DNA of 62,594 nucleotides, the filler included, from Collodictyon triciliatum (Eukaryota): assembly GCA_043381765.1 (NCBI GenBank). It is 2 parts of 2 records of this genome, joined end to end, with 100 filler letters (N's around TTAATTAATTAA, not from the genome) between each part and the next. Parts side by side here need not be neighbours in the genome. Positions count along the whole stretch, not along the records: positions 1 to 31,068 come from JBHJMP010000928.1; positions 31,169 to 62,594 come from JBHJMP010000930.1. One strand, 5' to 3'. The notes under the pieces are model-generated. The model did not search any database. It was not told the DNA's origin and saw nothing but the letters and a program-made list of their open reading frames with translations. Positions 27,901-39,800 of the stretch are shown here, one piece after another (positions within the stretch are counted from its first letter, which is position 1; every line of letters begins with the position of its first letter). The translations under genes and the position numbers were made by a program.

Positions 27901-30900
27901 GCACACCAATCATAAAACTTTTACACATATTTGGGTCAAAACCTCCATAGCCAAACTGAATGAAATATTTACAAAAAGAAAAATGATACGCATGCAAGCT
28001 GTTTGAACCAATTTTATTTCAATATCAATATGGTGCCATTAGATGTGCCTTACTCACAAAATTGCTTTGCGTTGGGCTCTGGGCTGGTTGCATCTACGGC
28101 TGGTTAGGCTTTATTGTCGCCCTCAATACCAACACATTGTTAATCCTATTGCTTTTTTATTTTATGATAGGGGATAGCATTTGTTTCAACATCGTCCTTC
28201 GCGATAAGTTTAATAACCCTACGTGGTTTATTTCCCAGTCGCCCAGGGTTAAATTCACCCGGTAAAATATAAACCACACATAACATAAAGGTTGCATTAA
28301 TTCCCCTTCCCTTTTTACAGCCTCTGTTTGCGATATTAATCTACAGGATTGGTCTCGACGCACATGATGAACTAGAAGTATTTTCCTCCGACATTGGAAA
28401 CGGAACTTATGCAGTCAATATAACGTGCACAAGAACGTCTGATTGTTTTAATTAATCTAAATGATTAGAATTGTCAGATTTAAGATTTCAGAAAACAATC
28501 CCTCGATTGAATAATACTCATGTCTCAACCCAACAGAGGGACATATACTATGGATGTTCTTGTTAACGAAGAACCAATTCGTGGGAGTCCGTTCAGTACA
28601 CGTATTTTTCCATCCAAGACCAGTGCAGCGCACAGTGTCGCTGAAGGTAAGTCAAATGCATATTGGAGATACATTTCGTTAGATGGTTTGAGTGTTTAGT
28701 TTTTTATTTATAGGGGAAGGACTTGAGTATGCGTCATGCGGAGTGACTTCCTCCTTTCTAATTATCGCAAAGGATGGATATGGAAATGACCGTTCTGTTG
28801 GAGGTGATGATGTTGAGGTCTTATTGGAATGTAAAGAATCAGCATTCAAGGTCTTATATGGGGAGAAAATCAGTCAAAATTGAACTAAAAACATATTCTC
28901 TAGACTTTAAAATTTAGACACTTATTTTCTTCTTTGCTAAACTTTATGTAAACTAAAGAGTGATCTATCACACTTCTTGCAGGCGAGGGTGAAAGACTTA
29001 CAAGATGGCTCATATGAAGTGGGATTTACGCCTGTCAAAAGCGGTGAACATACTATCAAAATTTTAGTGAACAACACCTTTATGCGGGTAATGGGATATA
29101 AAAGAGAGACTTTGCAATTATACATTCAACTTTTTTTTCTATTTCTCAGCTAAATCAATCATTTCACCAAATAGAAAGCGAATCAGCTAATATAATTGAA
29201 AATTTTGTAAAAAGGTTGCTAACCATCATAAAGTGTTTGTATCCCCTGACAAAATTCATCCTGGGTCGTGCATAATTCGGTTTTTAAAAAAATACATTAC
29301 GATCATTTATAGTGCGATATAAAAATCGCGTGTATTTTTTTTTTTAATCCTGGGTTAAAATTTTCCTCAGAAACGTAAACGAAAGATTCCTGGTTGGTGT
29401 GCCACAAAAATTCGAAATCATTCCGAAAGACCGATATTTTAATACACAACCAGCATCAGGTTTTTTGGTGGTTCAACTATAAATATTTTCGTCCATATTT
29501 GATTGATTAAATAAAAAAAATTATGAATAATCGACTTATTTAAACAAAAAACTTTTTCTATTTGAATCATAAATTAGTTCAACTTTTCAAAGTATCTGTA
29601 TGCCATACTCTCGCAAAAGAATTGGTTGTACTTGCCTCGCTTATCCTTTCAGAGGATGAATCTATCCTTGCTCTTTTTAATGTATCTGTTGCTGGAGTCT
29701 ATACCGTGGTGGCAACCTTTGATGATATACCTCTCCCTCTGTCCCCAATTCACATTTTTGCCTCCCCATCCTCTGTTTCGGCGGCCAACTGCAAATTCAT
29801 GTACCATGATTGTTGAATATTTCATATGTCACGAACAATATTATATCTTGCCGATTCCAACTTATCGTCGGTTTACCAAGAAAGATAGTCAGATGTTTTC
29901 ATCATTATTACATGCTGCAGGTGTCAACAAAAATGTGCTGTTCTTGGAAAGGAGAAAAGGTCTGTCTCTTTCTTCCTTTTATATGCATTTATGTATATGG
30001 TTTACTCTAATGCACACTTCTTTCTTAGGATTTATGTCCAAGCATGTGATGAATATGACAACATTATAACAACCGGCGGAGAAAATGAGTTTTCCTATTT
30101 AGTTTCTCGCCCAAATTTGACCACTCTTTGGTAAATGGTTTTATATGCAAAAATTTTTTGCAGTTCTAGGTGACTAAGAAATCAAAAATATTTATAAACT
30201 GTAACTTTCGTTTTGTAGGCAAAAATCTAGACTTCTGGATGAAATGGATGGGTCATATTCCTTGATATTCACTCCCGATGAATGTGGAGCTCATTATGTC
30301 GAGGTCAGTTATAAAGATTATCCAATCGACGGAAGTCCTTTTACGATAGATGTTGAAATAGGTAGTTTTTATATCCAATTTACGAATCAATTGTTTTTTA
30401 GACCTGAATTTAATTCGATATATTTGATGTGTATTTGAGCCATCGAGATGCATCTGAACTAATATATGGTATGTATTCGCCACCAGGCAAAACAAGTCCC
30501 TCCAAAACCCATGCCTATGGACTTGGTTTGAATCAGGCTGTGGCTGGTATACCCTCGGTATTCACACTGGAAACTAAAGACCAACTCGGACACTCAAGAA
30601 ACACAGGGGGAGATGAAGTGTTTGTTCAATTTGAATACGAGGTAACATTTGGCAAACAAAAAAAATTTTTAACCTTTTTTATCCCCAACGCATACTGAAC
30701 CCTGTGATAGAGGGTCGAAGTCTATCGACAGCTGCTACTTTGAATAACTTTCTCTGTTTAATCTCGCAAAATAGGCATCTTGGAAGGTTCTAGACGAAGG
30801 AAATGGATTTTATTGTGTTACTTATACCAGTTACGATGTTGGAAGGCAGTCCATCCGAGTTTCGGTTAATGGAGAGGACATTCCAGGGAGTCCATTCACA

Positions 30901-30917
30901 CTGACAACTGGGGCTGG
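9269..30917 (+). CDS. Giant filamin/ABP120 (gelation-factor type) Ig-repeat protein with at least 27 repeats and two PH-like inserts; about 90 exons; 3' truncated
   Basis: Hand splicing gives a continuous frame with recurring repeat motifs such as FTIQARDxxGNxxxxGGD, DNxDGTYxVxY and GxHIxGSPF. I counted 27 DxxGN-type motifs between ~10720 and ~30580. Exon(s) are lost in the N gap at 21585-21965. The last visible exon ends at a GT donor (~30918) before the repeat and linker. The exon 1 donor is uncertain. Confidence 0.92.
21585..21965. other. Assembly gap (381 N) inside the filamin-repeat gene
   Basis: N run. The flanking exons belong to the same repeat series, with about half a repeat missing, which fits the gap size. 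Confidence 0.95.
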
Positions 30918-30967
30918 TATGCCAGCTGCATTTCACCCTCATCGCAACATTTGACCATATCCATGTT

Positions 30968-31068
30968 CTTTTTCTTTTTCTTTTTCTTTTTCTTTTTCTT
31001 TTTCTTTTTCTTTTTCTTTTTCTTTTTCTTTTTCTTTTTCTTTTTCTTTTTCTTTTTCTTTTTCTTTT
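30968..31068. repeat. (TTTTTC)n microsatellite at the end of the left piece
   Basis: Direct tandem repeat abutting the Ns. Confidence 0.95.
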
Positions 31069-31168
31069 NNNNNNNNNNNNNNNNNNNNNNNNNNNNNNNN
31101 NNNNNNNNNNNNTTAATTAATTAANNNNNNNNNNNNNNNNNNNNNNNNNNNNNNNNNNNNNNNNNNNN
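31069..31168. other. Artificial 100-bp concatenation linker (N44-TTAATTAATTAA-N44)
   Basis: Symmetric N padding around a palindromic 12-mer (31113-31124) that puts stops in all six frames. The genes on both sides are truncated at it. Confidence 0.93.
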
Positions 31169-31250
31169 GAAGAAGAAGAAGAAGAAGAAGAAGAAGAAGA
31201 AGAAGAAGAAGAAGAAGAAGAAGAAGAAGAAGAAGAAGAAGAAGAAGAAG
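31169..31250. repeat. (GAA)n microsatellite at the start of the right piece
   Basis: Direct tandem repeat. Confidence 0.95.
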
Positions 31251-31456
31251 AAAACACCGAAAAAAAGAAGGAAGAAAAAAAAGGAAGAAAAAACAAGACG
31301 AGAAAAGCTTTTGAAGCGTGTATATGAATGGGTAAATATTTAGAATGGTTTTTTTCATATGTATGATAAATTATTTTTTTTTAAAAAAAAAGGAACAAAG
31401 TGATCACCGTATTTTATCTCCCAACGCTGCAAGACAAAATCAAATAACATGTTTAC

Positions 31457-34400
31457 ATTATCAAAAGATGATAATTTCTGTATCTCTGCATCAATAGCTT
31501 CGTAAATTCCAAAAATTCGAATCTCATCCAATACGGTTCGGAGATATAGAGGATGCCCTTTGATACAAAAGTATATTATTGTTATTTATACAAATGAATT
31601 AGAGGTATGAATAAGGGGGGAAAAACATATCAAAAATCAGTTAGTTCGCTTTTGCCTGTTGTATCCGATCTCTCTCTGATTGTTTCTATCTGCGATTCTG
31701 TTAAAGTCTTATCATATTTTATCATGAATGAAATTGAAGCATCTCTAATCTCAATCTTTGAAAGCTTAGGGACGTGGATAATCTCCAAACCAGATGATTT
31801 AAAAGTCTGTATTGATATAACTGGTGAGAGGTTGATTAATGAGTTTTTTTATTCGTTTTATTGTATTATCATTATATTAAAAAAATTGTTTCTTTTGTTG
31901 GCTCATTCAAGCATTTCCAGAATGGAGCTTTACCTCGCATGTCTGATGTTCAATTGTCGTGGATACCACAATAGCAATACCTTTAGGAGTTTTCTTTGGA
32001 ATCCAGTGCAGTGACCCAACGAGGGGGTACTGTTCAGAATTGGACAGCTGGTTCACCGCATCGATTACAAAAACAACATTTTCGTTGCTAAAAGAAAAAT
32101 TAAAAATGATGGTTTATGTGATATCTTTTTAAAGAAAGGCACATTTAAGTAAGCAGAGGACATCTAGGATATACCGTTATTTACCTAGAACTTTTTGATA
32201 TGTGGTCAATGATTCCAACAAATCCTCTTTTAATAATTTCTTTTCCTAAAAATAAGTGACAAAGAAAACAAAGTTTGTATTATTTCATTTTTTTTTAAAA
32301 AAAAAAAAATCAGTGCAACATAGGCCCTAAAAATATACAACATCGATATACGTTGTCTTTGGAGAAATTCATATTTCACTTCATTCAAATTTTCAAGAGA
32401 AATTGTTTGTTATAAACGTTCTGAACCTTGAACAGAGTCAGGGGAAGGAAGTATCCCTTTTTTGGACAAGGAATGAACGAAACGAAAGATAATGCTTCAT
32501 AATTTGAATAAGAGCGTGTAAGAAAAAGAAAATTTTCTTGAGCTAACAATTGCATGAAATGTAGGCTAGCGAATAATAATCTAGATAACGCACATTATTA
32601 ACCATACAAATGTACACGAGGGCACAAAAAGAATTTATAAATGATGAGAGAATACTTTTCTGGGTATAAACTGAGGTTTGTGGCTCCCACAAAGTGAAAA
32701 AGGGTATGTCTCTGGCTTGTTTCCATAAGTAAATTGCGTATCATAGCTGCCATGATGGACGATTTTCCTATTCCCGATTGAGCTCCTAAAACGGTTATGC
32801 TGCTATCATCGGATTCTAGTTGAGAGGATATCCTTATCGAGAGATCTTTTAACAAGTCAATCCTTCCCTCAAACCCAGTGAGACGGTGTTTCATCACTTG
32901 GTTATGCGCAACATCGTCTCCTACTGGATTCTTTACATTTACAAGGAAATATAATAGGTTCGTCAAAATTAAAATAACAGACCAAACCGAAGGCAAACAC
33001 ATGTACAAAGTATACTCTATATAATTCCCTATGGTTCTGATTACAGGAAAATCTCACACTTTCTCCCGGAAAATCCTCATTCATGGCAAATTCTAAGGCC
33101 GCAATAATATACTCACACAACTCCTTTGGTTCTTTATAAGTTGCAATAGGAAATTTTGAGCAAACTTTTTGCTTTAATAGGTTCTGGCTCTGCCTCTTTG
33201 TTTCGTGAAAAATAAAAAATAAAAAAAAAAATCATGTTAGCCAAAAAAGTCTACGTCAAATCAAGCATGCTGGTTAAAAGTATGCACTCTTACGTCTTTT
33301 TCGTCAACTGGGCGATATAGGGCTCTTTCTGCATCAGAGACAGCCACATGAATAACAGCATATTCCTCATCTCTAGCAAAAAAGAATGCCCTCCTGGATA
33401 TCGGCCTATCTAAAATAGCTCCATATTGTATCTAATCCCATATACTCCGAGTTATGAAATATTTGTAAGGGGGTAGGGGAGGGGTAGGGACGTGTAATCA
33501 TAATATACATTTTAAACTAGTACGACAGGTAGACCCCGTGATGGGGATATGTGGATAACCGAATAGATCGTCGAGCGAGGGGGAATAGAAAAATCTTGTA
33601 TTTTAACCAACCTCATATTCAGTCACGCTGAGATTGCGCATTTCCTCCAGAAATGGATACCGTGAATCTGTGCTTGGGTGCCATTCTGATGGTTTCGAAT
33701 AATTAGGAATCCAACCGTATCTTGCTCCCAGTGTACAGAGAAAATAAGGGCACTTCTCGATGGATTCCAGACAGCTAATCACAACCTGAAATCAAATGTT
33801 TGTATTTAGCAATTAACTCTTTCCGGAGGCTTCCCCATGTATCCCCCCCCCCATAGTTATAATCATCTATAAAAAGACTCACTAATCCGTTAGAGGATAC
33901 TTCTCCAGTCAATCCCCATCTAAGATCAATGAAAACAAGTACCACTCCCCTCTTTCTTGCAAATTCCTTCAGTCTAAATGCAGTAGAGTTGATAGTGAAA
34001 ATTGAATACATTGAAAATATATTCATATGCTTTAGGGGACATATCAGTCACTTGAAACGAGACAAACTCTTGTATAGTTCATTTAAAGAAGGGTACGTGA
34101 AGAATATATTGAGAGGTAATTTTTTTCCCTTTATTCGATTCAAGGGAATGATAGGTTTTTATATTTTAATCGATTGAGAGAGATAAAATATTTATAAGAA
34201 AAATAGGAAAATAAATAGACTATTTCATATATATATATATAGAGGCTACTTTTCATCTATCATATGACCAGTCACCTGTTTTCTCCTAGTTGAAAGAAAA
34301 TATCGCGTTCCCTTTGCATATCACGAAAAGTCGATGACATAAAGACTCGTAGGACTCTGTCATTACAGACATATTGCCATACATTTTCGCGAGAATATTT

Positions 34401-35785
34401 TGAGTTAGGAACTGGAACTGATTTGTGGGAAAATTTGACGTCGAGCTGATGAGTCTCTATGCCACCAGTTGCGAGATGTTGAGGATCTGTAGAGTGGACA
34501 TGCTCATCTAGTGTGGAAGAGGCTTCTCTTGTAATATCTGTGACTCCGTGGTGGTCACTTTCCACAAGAGACATCATGGATACGGATACCGCGGGGGAAT
34601 TATCAATATCCAATTCCTAAATAATGGATATTATTTTGGTTTATAAAAGGAAGAGATATAAATTTCATATGGTAAAAAACATTCAAGATTAGTTTCAATT
34701 TGAGAAATATTGATATTAGGAACTATATCATACCTTTGATTTTATCCAGGAAATGAACAACATTATGATTGTTTGATTGTGCTTCTTAAAATCACCTTTT
34801 TGAAATAATAATAATAATTCAATAATTAAATGTGGTAATTATGATGAACCGGCTAACTGATTTTGGCTGAAACTTAATCGATTTAAATCATACAATTTAT
34901 TCCGAAGTAGGCAGGAACAATAGATGATGAATCTGACGATTCATAGGGAACGGCCATACTGCTCGACCCAGCAGTCTTTGTACATAGCAAATATAAGAAT
35001 ACTATGTCAATTTAATTCCATTTTTTTCTTCAAATGCCTCAAAATACATTCATATGTAAACTGAAATTACATCGTCGTATCTCCCCGTGTTAAAGACTTT
35101 AGAGAGAAGAATACTTAGTGCTCTTCCATCTGCCCAACTAGATTTTTCAAATAAATCATCAAAAATTAACAAGTAGAGAAAAATTATGATACCTCGGCAT
35201 CCATAAGATAAAACTGGACGAATTTTTAAATTAAATATTTACTTTACTCATGTCAATTACCTGCGATGAAAGTTATCCACGCCAATATTGTGTGAATTTA
35301 AAATTCCATTCGACCATTTTAGCAAATACTTTTTTAGATCTTTTCCTGAGGCGAATACGAATCAGTGATTATATTATAAGGAGAAGCTATCAAACTGAGG
35401 TCTTTTCAAATGCAAAATTGAACGCTTAATCTGTATAATGTCTCACGTTCCATCGGAGCATCGGACCCACAAGACAATCCAACCAAACCCCACATTGCTT
35501 CAACCAGGCTTCTGCTGAAAATTTCTAGTTGAAAGGAATTACTACAATTAATAAAGTGATATTCCTCGAATGGAATCGCCATATCAGCCATATCCTACGA
35601 GGGAATGAGATTGATGAGCCGAAAATTAAAGGTCACCCTCTGGCGTGAATGTTTGCGACGTCTTTCGTCTTCGAGCTTCCTTGTTCATGATCTCGCACAC
35701 TTTTTGCATGTTTTCCTTGCTCTCCTGGCTCCCATACGCATAGGGGACAGAGCTAACCAAAGAAAATTATCTGATTACAAATGGC

Positions 35786-35876
<91 letters not shown>

Positions 35877-36279
35877 TAACAATAACAATAATAATAATAA
35901 TAATAGCGAAGACATGAAGTAGATAATATGGTAAAATATGATCATGAAATCAAAAATTCAATACAGGTATTCACCTTTCTCTCTGGCAAAAGATCCCTAC
36001 CGAGCAGATTTTCCATTGATGAATCAACTCCAGAATGATCACCCCGTCACACAAGTCCTCCGCGAGATTACTGATCACATAGCCACGGGCTTTCAAGTGC
36101 AGATTCATCCATAGCTCGAACTCCTGCGTTCATAAATAACACTTCATATATAAAGGAAAAGTGGCAACAGGACAGAGACGAGAACACGAGTTCATTCTAG
36201 ACGGAAGAAGCAAGAGGCCCAATGAACTTTCATAACCCAAACATACCTTCTCTGTCTCTTTTGTTTGAGAAGCTCCCAT
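31457..36279 (-). CDS. Tandem calponin-homology (CH1-CH2) + DUF4062 + NACHT/STAND-like P-loop protein with a TEP1/NPHP3/NWD1-like core; 3' truncated
   Basis: Exon 1 36279-36247 encodes MGASQTKETEK. CH1: EFELWMNLHLKARGYVISNLAEDLCDGVIILELI...SLVEAMWGLV. CH2: DLKKYLLKWSNGIL...VDNFHRSWADGRALSILL. DUF4062: LRVFMSSTFRDMQRERD, FIDLRWGL, FLCTLGARYGWIP, SVTEYEI. Walker A GAQSGIGKSS, FHFVGA, Walker B VVFVIDAVNQL, then HPLYLRTVLDEIRIFG. Confidence 0.87.
35787..35903. repeat. (AAT)n intronic microsatellite
   Basis: Tandem AAT/AAC repeat within an intron of the CH-NACHT gene. Confidence 0.95.
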
Positions 36280-36895
36280 GGAAACAAAGGAGACTCCTTA
36301 TAATTCCTAGCCGACAGAACAGGCCTACGACAACTCATAATTATGGGGCTATGTCACGCACAAGAATGCTCCTCAAACAATATGGGACGTTGTCACGGTG
36401 GAAGAAAAAAAGGAAAAGGAAAAAAAAAGTGGAAGGATCATAAGAAAAATGGAAGAATAATGCTTGTGCAAGGGAACCTAAGCCGCAAGCAAAAGTCGAC
36501 GCCTCATCGCCAAAGAAGGTATCCACACTCTGCTACAGTACCGCCACCACGCCAACTCCAGACATAACACCTCCGCCTTACCCAAAGATAGCAGGACGTT
36601 TTCTCGAGGCACGGATTTATCAAGCCAGAGTTACAGGGAGGGAACGGGAGTGAGAAGGCGCGGAATGGCGGGAGCGAACAGACAGCCAGCATCGAAAGAA
36701 AGGTGTTCCGCAAGACCATGGACAACCAAAGCGCAGGACGAGGAGAAAAAAAAAATTAATTGGAAGAGATGGCAGCAACGCTGAACAGACAGGCAGACAA
36801 AGCAACAGCAGGACGAAGCAAGTGCTGCACCACCCCATGCAATCAAGTGGATGCAAACTCTCCCCATTCTCCCTGTTGCACTGCAGCCCGCCTGC

Positions 36896-39800
36896 TTAGC
36901 GGCGCCAGTTGTCCGAGTTATCTGTCTCGCGGGATGACGACGGGTAGGAGCGGCCACTCGCGCCAGACTGACGACCGGACTGGCCAGCGTAGCCCTGCTG
37001 CTGCTGCCCTTGTTGCTGCTGCGGTCTCGTCTCGCCTGAGCCGTACGTTGGGCGGCCTGCGTCGCGGTTGCGGGGCGCATCCCCAAAGGACGATTGGCGG
37101 GTGTATGGGGCGTCGCGGCCTCCCTGCTGGCTGCTGGGGAACGAGTCAGACTGGCGGAAGGGGGCGCGGCCAGATGCACTGGGGCCGTCGCTGAAGCGCG
37201 GCTCTGACGAGAAGCGGCTCATGGGCGCGGTTGACCCGGACGGCGGAGTGTTTTCTGGGCGAGCAGCGGCGCTTGCGCCCGGGTTCGAACCGGCCTGTCC
37301 GGACGGGGTGGCGGCGAGCTTATCCTTTTCTCTCTCGCGCCAGCTCTTGGCTGCTCCGGGCTTGGCTGCATCTCCTAGAGAGTCGCGTGAGTCGTGTGTT
37401 GGGTGTGTTCGGGTCTTTTTCCGGAGCAATCTGGGGAAGGGGAGGGAGATAGGGTTGGGGCTTTAGGTTGGGTGAGCATACCAGACGCCTTTTGGTCTGT
37501 GAGGGCGGCGGCAGCAAGGGCGGCCTGCAGCTGCTCCTTGCGCTTCTCCTCCTCGATTCTTTTTTCCTCGCGAAGCTTCTCTTCTCGCTTACGCCTCTCC
37601 TCCTCTTTGACGCGCTCTTCTTCCTTCCGTTTCTCCTCTTCTTTGAGCCTCTCCTCCTCTTTGATTCGCTCTTCCTCCTTTCGCCTCTCCTCCTCCTGAA
37701 ATTCAAGATGTAAAGCAATTAGAACATCACAATGGATTAGCCCGGCTGGCTATTGTTCACATTCACAGAAAGGCGATGGCCTGGTAAGTAGAAACAAAAC
37801 TCTGCGGTTCGTGTTAATTAAAACGTATCTTACAGGAAAGAAAAAGGTACAAGAGCTTAATTTTCCTTTTTGGCCAGAACGATAATGTAAATTACCTCTC
37901 TCAGTCGCACTTGCTGCAGATAATCTTCATAAAGCTTTTCAGCGTATCTCTGGCGAGATTCAGTCATCTTCTTGTTGTATTCCTCTTGGCGAGCAGCCAT
38001 GACAGTTTTTTCGAAAGCAGCCTATTTATTTCAGATTGAAAACGTTGCGTTATTATATTGCCATTGTGGAATGTTCTGAAGAGTAAAATAGACAAACAGG
38101 AATATGGCATCTAGGACGAGAGTCATATTTAAATCGTCAGCCTATTTTTTCTCATTAACATTTTTTGATAGTAATGATACACAAATATTATCGATTAAAC
38201 CTTGTCATCAGCAATGGCAAGGATGCGGGCCTTGTCCTCTAAATCCTTCTCCCATCTCTTACGGTGGGAGTCAATAAACTGGGCGTGGGAAGACTCGAAC
38301 GTTTTCTTCTCTTCAGCAATAGCAGTACGGAACTTATCTTCAATAATATGGCGTTCCATATCGCGGCGGCCTCTTTCGATGTACTCATACTATATCAGCG
38401 GTATAGATACATGGCTCAATTAAAGCAGTGAAGAAGTCAGTATATAATAATAAATAAATAATAATAATAAACTAAAATTATTCAATAAAGTATCATCATG
38501 CGAATATTCGAATTTAAACGTTCAATACTAATAATGATTGAATATACTTTGAGAGAAATATTCTTGATTTTCTTCTCAGCTTCTTCTCTTTCCGCCAAAA
38601 GTAGTTCAGTTTTCTTCTTGCGGAGGGCACGAACCAGATCAGATCCTGTAATTCCAGGGAATTCCTGAGAGATAACAAAACTGCCTGTAAGTCATATGTT
38701 TACATATCGGGTACATGGCGCTTGGGTAAATTATGCATGAATTAAGATAATGGACAAACCGTTTTGACGTCAATCTTCTTCTTGGTCAGCTTGAAGATCT
38801 CCTGGACCATGTCTTCAGCTTGCTTGATTTGACTTTCAAGAATCTGCTGCTGAACACTGGGCTCAGTTGAGACTGGTGTCGGAGCAGAAGCATGAGCCTC
38901 TTCGGTCTTGTTGGATTCTGCAATAGCAGCAGCTTTAGCGACAGCCTGTTTAGATGGTGTAATCATTTAGGCATTTTGAATTGTTTTCCCCTTTGATATT
39001 GTACCTGCGTTCAATCTCAACGTATGAGTTAATGAATGGGTAGACTAAATTGCTGGTTATTTGATTTATGCGTAAAATAAGAAAAAACCTCCAGACGCTT
39101 GGCGACCAGCTCTTTTCGGGCGACATTCTCCTTGTATTCTAGTTTGGCACTCTGTCCACCAACAAGATAGATAATCGAGAGAACAGCTTTCAGTGAAACA
39201 TTTGTCATGCGCACCAGGGAACAATACATTATGACTTGTTAACAAATTAAATTCTCTGCAGTGCAAAGGGTTTCAAATCACCTTGAGGGCGACAGAAATG
39301 AGCTCTTTTTTCGCCTTCTTGCGGGCCTCAACGATGGATGGGTCGACAAGCTCTGCTGCGTGGCTCAGACCCTCAGCGAAATTGACGAGTTGTCTACGGA
39401 CGTTGGTCACGTTGGCAAACTGAGAGGTAGTAAGTGGTTTGAGTGTTTCGGAATTCATAGAAGAAGCTGAAGAATCCTTCGACTGTTCTAGAATACGAAT
39501 TAGTGTAATCTTGAAGGGAAAGAGAGATAGAGAAAAAGAACGTACCTTCTTTGTAAATATAACCAATCCTTTTTGGTGGTCAACACGGCCTGATACCAAA
39601 CCTTTCTTGATCATTCCAAGCAGATGGATTTCAATCTCGTGGGCAGGGGCAAACTTGACTAGAATTTTGTAAAATAAGTGAGAATCAAGAAGTATACCGC
39701 GTATTTCTTCAGGACAATCTTTATAGCATTATGGCATGGGATATAAGGTGGGAGTGATGAGAAATTTGTAGAATAGAGCGATTCTCGAGAAAATTGACCC

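Noticed and set aside
9269-30917. Stop-codon reassignment explaining the very short ORFs
   Set aside because: All stops examined fall in introns. The spliced exons read through in the standard code, and genes end in TGA, TAG and TAA.
9269-36279. A 'split filamin': a headless rod gene converging on a gene that carries the CH-CH head
   Set aside because: The two genes are separated by the artificial linker at 31069-31168, so their adjacency is not evidence.
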